From positions 124,001 through 188,000 of the forward strand of contig MU008154.1 in NCBI GenBank assembly GCA_010909165.1: 64,000 bases of DNA, in the 5' to 3' direction. Below, in pieces: positions 1 through 13,523 of this stretch. Numbering within the stretch: position 1 is the stretch's first letter; each line of letters starts with the position of its first letter. Below the pieces are notes generated by a model. That model had not been told where the DNA came from. It searched no databases and worked only from the letters and a program-made list of their open reading frames with translations. A program made the translations under genes and the position numbers. This DNA is from Anthoceros angustus (lineage: Eukaryota > Plantae > Anthocerotophyta).

Positions 1-3000
1 TGTGGGTCGAACATGGGTAGGGTACATATTTGAGACATGTCGTGCGCTCCTTGCACCTTCACGTCTGAAACTACATCCCAGGCATGCGAGCCTTGGTGAA
101 GGAGAAGCGGTGCACTGTTCTTCTCGGGCGGTGGGGTTAAGCGGCATGGATGTATCTGCAAGAACAGTTTTTGTGGCAACACACCGCCAAGTGTCCGTTA
201 TGGGCAGTCGCATTTTTGGAATCCACTTGATGTGCATCTTGTATTGAATATCTGGTTTTCTTATTGCGCTGGGACTATTGTGTAGGAGGAAGGAGCCGAC
301 TACATGCGGAGATGCCTGCGAGGCGGATGGCGGCCAAGATCCGCCCATCCATGTCGATTATGCGCATCGGGATCTCGAGCTTGAGTGCGGTAGTAATCTC
401 GAACACTTGCGTCACTGGCAATGGACTAGACAAATTAACTTTTCGTCACATTGAATGGTCATGTTGGTGATCTGAGGCCAAGCGGTGGTGGCGGCAGCAA
501 TGGTCTCGATGGGCACGAGGTACCACCAAGCGGGATGTCGCAGGAGGTTTGTAGGGAAGAAGATGCAGACTTAACTCTCGTGGACAGTGTGCGAACACAC
601 ACCACCGTTAGACACCCCAACTTGGGAGGCTTGGGAGGCTGCGGGAGGGTGAGGAGAGGAATGCGATGGCGGGTGGGGCGAGCCCGAGCTTGGGGCGCGG
701 ATCTTGGGCGCACCACGGAAGAAAGGAAAGATGGAGGAGTCAGGGTGTGGCCGAGGTTGAAAAGGAGCAAAGCCAAGACCGGAGGGAGGCGGTGATTGAG
801 GCGGATGGCAGTACGCCATGGTCCATGCATGTGTGTGTGAAGTGTTCCACTATCGCGGTGTGCTCACTATCGGTGTGCCACTTGGTCCATTGGGCAAGTG
901 GTGGCAATGTCGGATGGTGAGGGCAAGTTAGAGTATCTTGTCGGGGAACTCGAATGGTATAGGACCTTCCATGATGAGACTTTCCGGATAATGGACGGTT
1001 AATTGTACAATCCTAACGCACTCTTGCTTTGCATAATCGATCTGTATTGACTGAATATTATATATAAATTTTTGGTCGAAATTTAGGTTTCTGCTGAAGC
1101 AAGCTCAAGAGGGCAAAACCCTTAATTCAAACCCGGACAACTTTATTTTGACAAGATGGAATCGCATGTTGAATCTGAGGAGGCATGCTCCGGTGCATGT
1201 ACTATATAGAGAGGTGGCAACCACTGCGATGCGATGACATTAGGAAAGGGCGCATCATTCCCATCTTTGGATCATCATGTGGCGCTACGGCGGACAATAG
1301 TCCATGCTCCGAGGCCGTTGCCGGGGTCAGGCGTGGGCCTTGGAGTATGCAGGTGTACGAGGCTGCGGATGAGCATACTTGCCGTCAGGTGGGGCGGAAA
1401 AGAAGTGAAGGAAGCGATCCCTGGGATTGGCGAGTCTGAACCGATTCTGAAGGTCCTCACCATCCCAGTTGGAGGGCTGTCATTTACTTTGCGAGCACGG
1501 TTTTAAAATGACTAGGAATAACCTGCGAAATCCAGCAGGCGCAAGTTTGTCATTCATGTAGCAATTTTATGGGTTTTCCTGTTACGAGCGTCATAAACAA
1601 TCGCATTATGTTGTAGTGTGGGGCGCCGGCGGCCCATTGCCCGGTCCCCTCCTTCTTGTTGAAGGTGCCGCGATGGGCACCGCCGGCGGCCAGGCGCCCG
1701 GTCCATCTCCACCAAAGGCGGACAAACCGGTTTGGGTTTGGGTCACCTAGGTCTTCCCCATCCGCCCGAGGCGGGCATCCGTCAAGCACCCCGATTGTCA
1801 TCCGCATCGTTGAGGACGGTGGAAACGACCAGGGAAGCCCCAATGTCTGCAAAGTTGAGAATGTCATTTGCATCCCTATCCTCATCCTGGTTGCCTGACC
1901 CCTCTCCATCTGAATGACCTAGCATGATCGGATCGGTCTATTAGCTGGTCTCTCGCTCTCCTCATGGACAATACGCTGTGTGCCTGTGATCTCAGACACC
2001 TTTCCACACGGCAATCGGTAAGAGCTCTCTTCCCTGCACAGGGTGGCTGCAACCGGACCAACATGATGCAAATCATAGGAGTAAGCACATCACAATGGAC
2101 ACAAACTCAACAAAGAGGATTTCACATGTGAAGGGCAATTTGGTGCTTACAGTCGGTTGCCGCATTGCTTCCGTCGTCGACAAGTGAGGAGGACCACATT
2201 TCTTAGCATGAAACCCATGGGCCTTGCTCATACGCCTATACATTTTAAGGTCTTGAATCATGCGTCAAACTCGAACTCACAAGGCCTTGTTGTGCAAAAA
2301 GCAGTGAACAAGTTCTTTTAAATCGATGTCGAGTCGCCCATACCACCCATCCGACCCTCGCTCTTTGGTTAGGCGGTGATCCCAACCCATGATCCACAAT
2401 TTCAACTGGAGTCGAGCGTTTTCATCCTTTGGCTCATCGTCTGTCACCATCGTCTTTCTCAAAACGATGGCGGGATCGGTGAGCATTGAAGCGAATGATC
2501 ACGTCTCCTTGTAGGTGAAGAAGGAGCGCAGGTACGCCACAGGGCTTTTGTGTCTTCTCACTCCGGCTCCCCTCTTTCCCACCATCGTCTTGGCCTTGAG
2601 ACGTCAGGCTAAGCGGTTGGCTTGCACTTTGATGCATGCCCAACTTTTGCTTGCACCCCAGCTGAGTCCTGACCGCGAGGTCTAGATCTGTCTCGCTCCC
2701 AGGTCCCCTCCTGCTGCACTACCCGCCTTTGATTTACTCCACCACCTAGACTTCTTCTTGGGAGGAGTCGGTTGTGACGCCGCGTGCTCTGCCACATCCT
2801 TCTTGGTCCGTCGCCCGCTTGCCATCGCTCTCCTGCACAGGCCCACGGAGGATTGAGCTAAATCGAAACAAGATTGCATCACTTACAAATTGGGCTTGGG
2901 AATGGAAGATCTCGAGGTCTTGCCTTGCCCGCGCAGGGGATGACTTACGCTCAGAGCTCGCGCTCTCCGCAGGCACGAATCTCCCTCCTTCACGCCTTGC

Positions 3001-3260
3001 CCACGGTGATGGAGTCCTCTCAAGCGGACTGTGGGCGTTGCCAATGCGGCAGAGCGACTGAATGGCGAACAGATTACCACGAGTCTTAACCCCTGACCCA
3101 GATTAGGGTTACCTCTGACCACTTGAACCAAAGTTAGAAACCCTGATGTCGTGTGAAAGGCAGGTAGTTACATGGACCTTATTTTCATATGCACCTATTT
3201 ATGACATTGTGACTTTGTCCCTCGATTAGGCGGTGGCCAGGCTTCATTCTTATCGGCGCG
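1..3260 (-). mobile_element. Degenerate transposon-like or decayed coding region, family not identified
   Basis: Many short, stop-interrupted minus-strand frames. A weak 'SIASDASVR' RNase-H-like stretch occurs near 390-420. No intact domain and no clear exon structure. Confidence 0.25.
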
Positions 3261-3585
3261 TGCCTTGGCGATACCATTGCCTCATTGGATTTCCTCGCCG
3301 TTATATGTAATGATGTCGCGTGCTGTAGGCGTGGGTACTAAGTTGGCGTTCGAGGCAAACCACACTTACCAGCCATTTCTCTTTGCAAAGATTCCGGTAA
3401 GCAGGACTTGTCGGCGGCGACTAAAAGCAATGTCTTGGACACAGACGATATGGAGGGCGTTAATGTATGCGGCAGAGTGTTTCATATACGAATCATTTGC
3501 CATCACCTGTTTGCAAGACAAGTTCATATTTGCCGCAGCAGGCTTATGTGGAAGAACCCTCCCGGTTGTGGCGTGTGTCATGCCG

Positions 3586-4372
3586 TGTGATACTAATCTA
3601 CGCTTGGGTTTAGTGTTTGATTAGCATTAATTAATCTAATTACTTATCTTTAAGTAAGTAATTGTGTTAATTAATCTAAAGTGCTTATGTTAATTAGCGT
3701 TGATTAGTGTTAATTAATCTAATGTGCTTATGTTAATTAAGCATTGATTAGTGTTAATTAAACATGGTTAGCAATAGCTAAGTGGATAAGCTCAAGTAAT
3801 ATGCTTGGCATATTCCTTGCATATTATAGTGTATTCTTAGAATCTGATAGCTAAGTGGATAAGCTCAGTAATATGCTTTGGCATATTCCTTGCATATTAT
3901 AGTGTATTCTTAGGACATTTACGGCATATCGATGCCGATAGGATATCTTAGGAATATGCGATGCGAGGTCCTAGTATATAGACCCATTGAGACATTGGAT
4001 CATAGCTTGTCCTCTAGATATATCTGTCTGAAGGCGTTGTGAGGAGGCCAGCTATGACTCGAGGCGATGTGTGAGAATTTGCGTGTTGTTCTCGTGGGAG
4101 AGTGTGTTTGTGCCGACGATGCGAGCTACTCCCTCTGTTGGTTGCACCTATATACTGCGTATTAGGTTGTTTGCTTGGTTGTTGGTCGAGGAAGTGCTTA
4201 TGAATTCAAGTGCTTACCTGTAAATGCGACCAGTGACTTTCGGCGATGGCGGTAGGCGCGCACAATCCGTGTTGGTGTAGTAAAGGGTCGCTCCCAAGAA
4301 TGATAGGCTCCGTTTGCCCGTCGTTCTCACCTCACTTAGTATCGTTGATCTCGCACACTATTTATCGTTTTC
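3586..4372. repeat. LTR-like AT-rich segment with internal tandem duplications
   Basis: Starts TGTGATAC. Contains repeated TTAATTAATCTAA units (3620-3760), a ~65-bp direct duplication (AGCTAAGTGGATAAGCTC...GTGTATTCTTAG at ~3776 and ~3849) and a TATA-like TATATAG near 3975. No second LTR copy is visible in the window. Confidence 0.35.
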
Positions 4373-7300
4373 GCTAACTACCATAGCGTTCACCGGCGGG
4401 CCGGTGTGGCGTTAAGGACCCGTTAGCGTCGTGTCGTTCAAGTTCGTCACTCGTTATCTGGTCCGTTCTCACTCTCCTCAACCGTGGGAAAAGCGGGTGG
4501 CTCAGCGGGTCCGGACCTCCTCCGTCGCTGGGCCTCTCCCTCGGGCTGCCGCCCTCCCGGAGTTCCTCAGGCTCACACGTTCCAGTCAGAGTCCGGGCGG
4601 CCCCTCGGATGAGCAAGGGTCCCTAGTCGCTCTTCACGCACACCACCCACGTTGGGTCCGTCACGGGACCTTGATCGATCTCGATTGTCGGCACCTTTCG
4701 ATGACTCGGCGTTAACAGAAAGGCACGCATAAAGACTGTGAGCATCAACACCAAAGAAGATGCTTTACTAGGTAGCCTCGGCCCTCTTATACTCATGATC
4801 GGCGTCTTTATTACACCCTATTAGGTGGCCAGGTATACCCTAATCGACCTACCATCTTATTCCTTCCTCCTATCTCCGTCGTCGGTGGTGGGCACAGGGA
4901 TGCCCTTGGTCCCGTCTCGGTCTTGGTGGCCCAATCCCCTTCTAGCAGTTCTGGCGCGCAATCGGATGATTCGCGGCGGGACCCCTTCCTTCCGGAATCC
5001 ATCGAGGTTGGGCTACCGTGGCGGTCGATGGCCGATCACCACGACGTCTTCCTCCCTGGCCCCAGTGGGTCCTCTCCCGGTAGAGACCAGGGTTGCTCCC
5101 CTGCGTGAGTCGGAGAGGGCTCCTCCTCGCCGGACCGGGGTCAGTCTCTCGGGCCGGACCTGGGTCGGTCTTCTCAGTCCGGACCTCGGGGTCGGTCTCT
5201 TCCAGTCCGGACCTCTACGGTCTTCTTTAGTCCGGACCTCGGTCCGGACTTCGCCTCTGAGTCCGATCTCACGGACCGGCCCTCCCTCTGGCGCCGGACG
5301 AGGTCCGTCTATCACTAGAGTCTGGACCTCAGTCGGACTTTCTTGAGAGGCGGACCTCGGGGTCCGGCCGTTCTTCAGTCAGGACAAAGTCCGGACCCTC
5401 GTGCACCGGGTTTCCCCTCGGGACTTCTCAAGGTTGAGCCCCGGCTTCCGGTTGCCCAGTCGCCTTCTTGGCCCCTCGAGGCCCTCCTCCCTTCTCCGTG
5501 AGGTGCGGAGTGCTTACCTCGGCGCGGACCTTCCTTCCTCGCTCTTCCTTGCTCCCCCCCGGCTGCTGGTCGTCAAGCAGGCGCTCCTAAGGTCCCGTGG
5601 TGTCATCCCGGGCCTTCCTCCCTCGCTCCTCCTTCCGACTCTTGGAAGCCCGCCCTCCTGGAGGCTCAAGACCTCTAGAGCCTTGAGAGCTCTGCGTGGT
5701 AGTAGGCAAGTCGGAATCGACTTGATTGCCTCCTCCATGGGCCCGGAGCACCCGGTACTCCCTCCTCGAGGTGCTCGGCGGCGGGCGTGTTGTCGACTGG
5801 CCCGTCTCCACCGCCGAGCTTGCCAATTATGGCCGGCGGCCTCCCTTGATCGCCAGGCGGCCTCAGGCACCTCCTGCGGCCTTCTTTCGGCGTGTCTCCT
5901 CCTCCTTGTCGTTCTAGCTCACTTGATTCGGCCATGGGTGAGCTCCCCTCACTTCCCAGCCGGACAAGCGACCTCTGCTCCTCCTCCAGCGCTCTCATCC
6001 CTCGTTCATCCTTTCCGGAGGTCCGCCACTTCCTTCTCCAGGCGGGCGGTATCCCGTCCGACTCCGGCTTCCAGCTCTGCTTGACCTCATGACGTCGAAC
6101 TCCTTGGCCGCCTATTCTCCTCCGTCTTCAGCTGAGGCGCTCTATCTCCTCGAAGTCTTGGATTCTCTCGTTGAGAATCCCTGCTTCCGTCGTCTTGGAG
6201 TTCGACTCCGGTGTCCTTCGCCTTCCGGCTCCGCCGCTCTTACGCCTCCTGCGGTGCACCAGGTCCCTATTTCCGGTCTTGACCTCCGGTTCCTCCTCAC
6301 GGCTCGTGCTTGCTCCAGCCTCCTCTGTTCGGCCTTGAGTTAGCCTCGGCTACCCGGCCATCTCCCTCCACGGTTCCGATCACGTCGGTAGTGATCCCGT
6401 CGCCGACTTCCGCCTCATGCTGCCTTCACACGAGCCTCTGTCGATGTTGTCGGTGGGCCGCCTCGGCGGTCAGCCCTCTCCGCCTCCTGCGCCTCCCCGC
6501 CCGTCTGCGAGGTCTTGACCAGTGCTTGGGCCTCCTGCGCATGCCTCATTTGTGTTGGAGGACCTTAGTCGGTCTTCTTGAACCGTCCGGACCTCTCGCT
6601 CCGCCTCCGGCGTTTCCCTTCCTCGATTGGAGGACTCGCCTTCTTCTTAGCCTCTGGGCCGCCTCTACCTTGAAGCTCCACCATCCTCCCGGGTGGCCTC
6701 CACTTCTTGGGTCTTCTCATTCGCGAGACCCCAAAGCATACCGTCCATAACTTCGCGTTTCTTGAGGAGATGCAGGAAGTCTGTGGGCGCGGGCATCTCT
6801 GTCCGTCGAGGACCGCCATCTGATCCGGAGGCGGGTGTTGGGCTCTCGGACCTAATCGGGACTCTTAGGTCACAGGTGCTATGGTCAGCGCCTCCCTTCC
6901 TTAGCCCTCTTGGCGCTAACTCCTTCTCGGCTCTTTTCCTCACAGGGCTCGGAGGTGGTGAAGGTCAGGGGCTTTGCCCCTCCCGGTCGGAGACAAGAGC
7001 TCAGGTGAGGGTGGCCTCCGCTCCTTGGGCGTCCTCTTCCCGCCACGGCCTCCTCGCCTCGCTTCTTGCCACTCCGTTGGCGGGGGCAGAACACAGGCAC
7101 CGTCTGGGTCGCTGCGTTGTCGACGTCTTCCGCCTCTTGGTTCCAGCGAGTCGTCGGCCATTGTCGTTGTCGTGGCATTGGGCCGCTCGATCCTGTGGCG
7201 CCTCTCCCTGTTCGGTGGGGGCACCAGAGGAGGAAGGCGGGGATGTCCTCCCACACTTCCTTGGGTGGCGAGGTCCGCTCAGGCGTATGCAGAATCCCCT

Positions 7301-8760
7301 CGTCGTCCTCCTCCGGACCCTCTTACTCGGGAGGCGGGCCTCTGCCTCCTGCGCTCTTCCCTCTGCCTCCCGGTGGCGGCGGCCCTTCCGAGTGCTGGTT
7401 CCTCTTCACCCTCCTTGGGAGGTTTCGTGCCCCATGAATCAAAAGCGATACGTGGCGGAGGGCTTCTGCACCTCGACTTGCGAGCTTCACGATTAACCAG
7501 CGAAGATGATCCTCCCGGTCGCCCTCTTTCCCTCTGCAGGCATGCGGGGAACACGATGGGTGTCACCAAGGTGATCTACCTTGGTGAGCATGTTCCGATG
7601 GACAATGATCACACTTTGCTCTCACCCTCATCCGGCAAATTAGACATCAGCCGTTGGTTGTTCTTTGCGTCCACGGCTTACATTGCCGCCTTTGCCTCTA
7701 TCTTTCCTCTTGAGGGGCTCGAACTCGCCCCAATTTCTTCTATTTGGCGGTTGTAAACCGCCCGCCTCCACCTCGGTCCACCTCCTAGGGTCCTCCGGAG
7801 TTCTTGGACGGACCTCCTTGTTGGCAGCGCGGCATTTTGGCGTACTCCGGACTAAGGCGCGGCTCGAAGGTCGAGACGGCACGGAAAATGTCCAGTGCCA
7901 TTCCTTCACCGCTCCCCGCCTCCTCCGGTACGGACCGTCGGGTAGCGCTTGGTGACGATGTTGCTCCACCAGCGCCATGGCTCCCACGCCTCCGCCGCTT
8001 TCTTGGGTCCCATCTTCGCACTCCTTACATCCGGCTGGCGGGCGTGAAGGCATCTCCGCTCCTTAGTCGCGGTGTCGGTTGCTTTCGCCAAGTCGAAGCT
8101 GCGCCTAAAGTTGCGATAAAAAGACAACGCGAGCCGGTGTCGGCGAGAATGCGAAACTCGCCGCGAAGTTGTTTGGAAGAATGACCTCCGCCTCGCTTCT
8201 CTCGTCGAGTAACCGCCGGCGGAAGGCGGCTCTTGACCATAACCGCCGAGTGCACGCATGGCCTCTCGCCACGCCCGCCTACCTCGGCCTCTGTTGCCCG
8301 CGTGAATACCTGCCTATACGGCCCACTGAATGCTACGGTCAGCTGCTGCATGCGTCTACCACTCGTATCACGTGGCGCCACCGTCACAATTCACGCCCAA
8401 CTTCTAAGTTACCTTACTTGGCGTACTTATCCCGTTTTGACCCGGAGTGGGGTCCGAACTTATCCGATACTCCGGTGCGTATGTCCGGAGGTCCTCCGGA
8501 GTGGGCTCCAAGGTCCGTTACCTACCCGGGAGTCCGGAGTGCCGTCGAACACAGTCAGTCTGGTCGTGCTTATTCCTCCCTTTTCGCCTTATTTTACACT
8601 CCATACCTACGAAAAAAAACAAACCCAGCTTATTTCCTTACCCCAAGGAGAGTCCGTTGTCCACACCGATACTTGAGGTCTGCGTGGATTCCCAGAAAAG
8701 GGCGAGGAGGCTTGCTCTTTTAAACCCACCGCCACCTGTGCCTCGCCATCCTCCGCAAGG
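4373..8760 (-). mobile_element. GC-rich degenerate retroelement-like internal region
   Basis: Overlapping frameshifted, charge-rich minus-strand frames. GTCCGGACC-type subrepeats occur at 5150-5400 and 8450-8540. There is a sharp GC drop at ~8760. No RT or integrase motif is recognisable. Confidence 0.35.
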
Positions 8761-10050
8761 TTAGTGTGTTATGGTGCTTGAGTGAAAACCTTTTTGACGG
8801 ATGAAGAGTCTGCTATAGCATACTGTGGGAATTTAGTATTGGATGTCACTTATGCAGGTTTCCAGGCTACTATGATTGAATCTTTAATTCCTAGAAAGTT
8901 TGCTTACCTAGCATATGATAAGCTGTAAGTCTCCACAAAGTTACATTTGAGTTACATCTAAATTAAGCATACATATAAGGTTCTCTGAAATCATTATTTA
9001 TGGGTGACTATGACATAGTTGTAACTTCTAACTCTATTAAATGTTTGATATTTCATGGGCAATAACACATTTTTGTATCATGGCCAAAGTCATGAAGTTA
9101 CCAACTCATTAACTTTGTCTAATGATGACATTAGCCTCACCAAGCATAGTCTGCAAGAACAAGCGTCTAATGGTATGAGAAGTGATTATGCTCCTCCAAG
9201 TGCTTTCATGCTCCAGCATGCTCTACTTTTATATATAAATCTTATACAAATGAACATGGAAGTGATGAGTTAGTTGGTAGTAAGATGAGAAAGTCATACA
9301 CAGCTGAATAATTTTATCCCCATGTGATCATGTGTGCCAATAGAATATGATGATGTTCGTTGTCCTTAGTCTGCAATATGCCAAATTGGCCGCAATGTCC
9401 CAACTCAGCACCCTACGTATTCAAAAATAGGTTCCGATCTTCCAATACGATGATGTGAATTTGGTCTATAGTCCTCCACTTTTTAACAAAGCGAAGCTGT
9501 CTATGATGGTGAACACGCTATGTCATTGGTTAGTTAATTAAGTACGGTGGCTATGACGCAGGCATACTTCTCATGCAAGGGATCCTACATGGCTCTTCCT
9601 CTTTATCAACGTAGCTATCTTTTTTATACTACTACAATTTTTTTTTATTTTTTTTTCAAAAATAATAAATGTCATCATTTTGGCTTTTTTTTATTTTTTT
9701 TCAAAAATAATAAATGTCATCATTTTGGCTCTTTAATAAATGAGTATGAAAGTCTTTTCTGGATGGCATATTATTGGCTAATGTTCTCAAAAGTTGTGCA
9801 ATATTTTCTACATCTCTTATGGAACTCCGAATCATAAGAAAACTTTTAATGAAGTATTAGCTGGTTGACGAAGTTGTCCACATGAGCTCCTTCCTGATCA
9901 GTTGTTGGTCCACAAATGGTTGTTCTATCGCTGCTTTGGCAACAGTTTAAATTTCATGTAGGAGAAGGGTGTGATTTTGGTCCTAGTCCTGCGAAGTAAT
10001 TTACAAGTCCATGCTGTTGTTCAAATGATGTATTGTTCCCCTGTTGCTCA

Positions 10051-10256
10051 TATGACGCATAAGTTGCACAATCATATAAGAGCTTAACGGAATGATAACG
10101 CTACGCAGACTGAACGAGTTACAGACAGAAAGGTAAGATAATGGGTGAAGCGCTATGACGCATAAGTTGCACACTCATATAAGAGCTTAACGGAATGATA
10201 ACGCTACGCACATGAACGAGTTACAAATAGAAAGGTAGGATAATGGGTGAAGCGCT
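10051..10256. repeat. Two-copy tandem duplication of ~103 bp
   Basis: TATGACGCATAAGTTGCAC...ATAATGGGTGAAGCGC occurs twice back to back. Confidence 0.9.
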
Positions 10257-10259
10257 CTC

Positions 10260-10492
10260 GGATATCCACCACCACAAGCACAGGGGTTCCATACGTCTTG
10301 GATACCCACCACCACAAGCACAGGGGTTCCATACGTCTTGGATATCTACCACCACAAGCACAGGGGTTCCATACGTCTTGGATATCCACCACCACAAGCA
10401 CAGGGGTTCCATACGTCTTGGATATCCACCACCACAAGCACAGGGGTTCCATACGTCTTGGATATCCACCACCACAAGCACAAGGGATCCAT
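10260..10492. repeat. 40-bp minisatellite, ~6 copies
   Basis: Unit GGATATCCACCACCACAAGCACAGGGGTTCCATACGTCTT repeats with period 40 and only 1-2 substitutions. Confidence 0.95.
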
Positions 10493-12064
10493 GCGCGTGC
10501 CCACTATGCATAGCCGTGATATTGCTAGCTCGGAATTAACTTCATGCTTAGTTATGTTATGTAGTAATTTCAAAAGGGTTTTCACCTTCCTGTGTCGTTA
10601 TCCGAGTCAACAATTGTTCTGTCCACGCCTGACCCGATGAGGTTGGCGTACGCACCGACAGCTACGCCACTTATGCATGGTCCAGCCACGGGAAGTCGTC
10701 CGTCGCTGAGTGTGGCCACGGATGGCTTTCAAGTATGATGCTCGGGGCATAGCAGAGTGAGAAAGCATAGGGAAAATTATGGAACTTAGAAACCTACCGC
10801 GGTCGGGCGGGGTTGGCATTCGCACCGGCGGCTTTAGACACGATGCTCAAGGGTGGAGCGGAGTGTAAATCGAAGGAAAACCATGGAACCATGCAACCTA
10901 GCGCTCATGATAACGTAAATGAGAATTTTGGAGACATAGTTTATTAAGTTTCTAGTCTAAATTTCTCTTGACCATCCTGTTACGGGCGATGCTCATGATG
11001 CCTCTGCACTATAAATTGAAGATAATAGAACAAATAACCATCAATATTTGAAATACATAAAGTGTAATCGGTACTATTCTATGAATTCAACTAATAATAT
11101 CCCGGTGCATGAAGTGTAATATGTGGCTACTGCCTAACTAGTTTTTGTGTAGTTTGTGTGTATTGCCGGCAATACACAATAAAAACTAACAAAATATTAG
11201 TCATCACTTTTAGTTAAAAAATAAACTAATTACGATCTAATAAGTTTTAGAAAAACTTATCACCATCTAATAAGTTTCAAGGTATAGGAAATAAAATTTT
11301 TCCCTAAAATAATGTTTCTTCAAAATACTTTTCCATACAGAGGAAAATTTCTTTGAAGTTTTTAGATTATTTTCAAAAAATAAATCTATTAAAAAAATCT
11401 CTTATATTATCAAAATTTCCTTGATGTGGAAACCCTATGGAACCCTTTCGATGTGCTTTAATACATGGGTTCACCCATCTCTCGTTCCGTAGTAACAACT
11501 TTACTTCTATGGAACCCTTATAACGGTTTCCGTTTTCTACATCAGCGGCGGCTTTTCTGGTCCCTATTGCTCTGGGCTACATCGCGTCGGTCGGTGGTGC
11601 AGGTTGTTGTTGTTGAAAGTGGAGTTTGTAGTCTTGCTATGACGACGTCAATAATCCCATCTCGCTTCGAGATCTTTTGAAATTGATTAAGAGAATCAGA
11701 ACTGTGCAGGCCCGAGTTTCGCTGTCTTACCATGAGTTTTGCTGTTTTGCCATGCACTTTTTCCGTCTGTCGGCCGTGTGCTTGCGTAGTTGTTGTAGTG
11801 ATGGCTATGCTTTGCTACTGTGAGGTGACTTCGTTCCTTACATGAGGTTCAGGAATAATGCATTGCCCCCATGCTAATGCAGATTGTAGGTACTCGTAGC
11901 AGGAAGGCATGGATCAAAAGAATGGTCCTGTGGGCGGCTTGAGTCAACAGCACCAGATGCCCACTTAGGACCATGCTTTTGGCCCTGCTTTTCGACGTGC
12001 GAGCTCTCACCCAGGCAGTCGGTTTTTTAGTCTCTTCCGTCAGTCGAGTTTTCGTGGATTGAAA

Positions 12065-12226
12065 AGCCAGAGAAACCTTCCGTAGGTGGCAGGCTGGTGA
12101 CATAGTTCTGAGTTCAACAATCGGTGACATTCTTATAAAGGAAGATCAGCCAGAGAAACCTTACGTAGATGGCAGGCTGGTGACATAGTTCGGAGTTCAA
12201 GAATCGGTGACATTCTTATAAAGGAA
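12065..12226. repeat. Two-copy direct repeat, period ~83 bp
   Basis: AGCCAGAGAAACCTT...GACATTCTTATAAAGGA occurs twice, just downstream of the PRISE gene. Confidence 0.85.
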
Positions 12227-12356
12227 TTCTACAGTAGTTTACAATCCTGCAAAGCGTTCTGGCCAGTAAAGGATGATGCCATCCCCGCCTGTCCCACTCT
12301 TCTTATTCTTTGCTCGTAGATCCACTGCTGATGCGTCTACAGGTGGAAAGAGACAG

Positions 12357-13523
12357 CTAGGGGATGAAGTTGTACCTTTTCATCTCATCCAATGTGGCAT
12401 GCAGGCTGTCTAAGCTATCTCTCCAGCCCAGAAAACCCAACTTCCGACTCTTGTTCATGCTGAGGACAATCTCGAAGGGCACTTTGGCGAAGACATCTAT
12501 GAACCACCAATGTCCAACTTCATCAACCTTGGTTTTCTCTAATCCATACTTCTCCACAATAGCATCCCAGGTGCTGCCTTTGCCCTTCATCAGCTCTACC
12601 ATACTGGGGCCTCCCTCCCTGTACTCAGAAACCTCCAAGCCAAACCTCTCAGCGACCACAGGCCATATCCCCTTCCAGGTAACCACGTCACCGTTGGTGA
12701 TGTTGAAGCTCTGGTTTTTCCCCGCCGGGCTGGTGGCCGCCCACAGCTGCTGCTCCGCAATCAAGCCAGCGTCAGAGCAATCAGAAAGTCCTTCCCAGCA
12801 TACCCGGCTCCCCGGGAACATAAATGGCAAGCCTTCCTCCTTGCAGATCAGCGCGTACGTGGCAATGGTTCCTATAACGTTCATCTGGTTGCGAGGAGCG
12901 AAACCGTAGACGAACGTGGGTCGATGCTCAGACCATGTCACCTTGCCTCTACTTCTTTTCACTGTATCCAGAGTCTTGTCCATGAGATTGTGGTAGAAAT
13001 TGGGACCCGGTCTCCGAGGTGCGTCTTCCCTGAAAGGAGGATCAGGCACGGCAAGCTTGCCTGCAGCGCTAAATGAGCCGAGGTAGTGTTTCCCGCCAGT
13101 TGTCACTGCAATGTGCTCCAGAGGCCCGTCCACCCTGACTGTGGCATCCAAAGTGTTCTGATACATTGTGCTGTTGGCCTCCACGTTCTCCTCTTCCGTT
13201 TTACCAGCTTTCACCCAGGTCATCCAGAACAGATGCGTGACATCTTTCAGGGGCGAGAGTTTGGCCAGTGTGTCCTCACGATCCAGCAGGTTACACTGCA
13301 CATACTGGAAGACGCTGTTGGATTCGGAACCCTGGCTTCCGGACTTTGGACCTGAGGAAATTTGGTTCAACCAGCTGGGCTGGGATCTTCTTGCGACAGC
13401 ATACACCTTCCATGGGTAACCAGAACAGCCGGGATTCATCAGCAGCTCAACCATAGCTCTCCCGATAATGCCTGTGGCTCCTACAATCAGAGCCACCTTC
13501 TGGGAACCTTCTTTGTCTGCCAT
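12357..13523 (-). CDS. VEP1: PRISE family (progesterone 5-beta-reductase / iridoid synthase-like, VEP1-like) SDR, 388 aa, intronless
   Basis: Motifs: VALIVGATGIIG, PWKVYAVARR, DVTHLFW, TGGKHYLG (catalytic Lys), PNFYH (catalytic Tyr), TWSEHRP, D-SDA-LIAEQ, NGDV, SMNKSRKLGF. Confidence 0.95.
   Translation of the reverse strand: MADKEGSQKVALIVGATGIIGRAMVELLMNPGCSGYPWKVYAVARRSQPSWLNQISSGPKSGSQGSESNSVFQYVQCNLLDREDTLAKLSPLKDVTHLFWMTWVKAGKTEEENVEANSTMYQNTLDATVRVDGPLEHIAVTTGGKHYLGSFSAAGKLAVPDPPFREDAPRRPGPNFYHNLMDKTLDTVKRSRGKVTWSEHRPTFVYGFAPRNQMNVIGTIATYALICKEEGLPFMFPGSRVCWEGLSDCSDAGLIAEQQLWAATSPAGKNQSFNITNGDVVTWKGIWPVVAERFGLEVSEYREGGPSMVELMKGKGSTWDAIVEKYGLEKTKVDEVGHWWFIDVFAKVPFEIVLSMNKSRKLGFLGWRDSLDSLHATLDEMKRYNFIP

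Larger units (their letters stand above)
9618..10528 (+). mobile_element. Candidate non-autonomous Helitron carrying tandem repeats
   Basis: The 3' end shows a palindrome (CAC-TATGCATAG-CCGTG) followed a few nt later by CTAG (10525-10528). A possible A|TC 5' end lies at ~9618. The element contains internal tandem arrays. Confidence 0.3.

Noticed and set aside
3235-3250. CCAGGCTTCATTC partial miR166-like match
   Set aside because: Only a 13-nt match and no hairpin partner seen.
10260-10492. CRISPR-like appearance of the 40-bp array (also the 57-bp and 25-bp arrays)
   Set aside because: Units are contiguous with no unique spacers of CRISPR length, there are no cas genes, and the context is eukaryotic.
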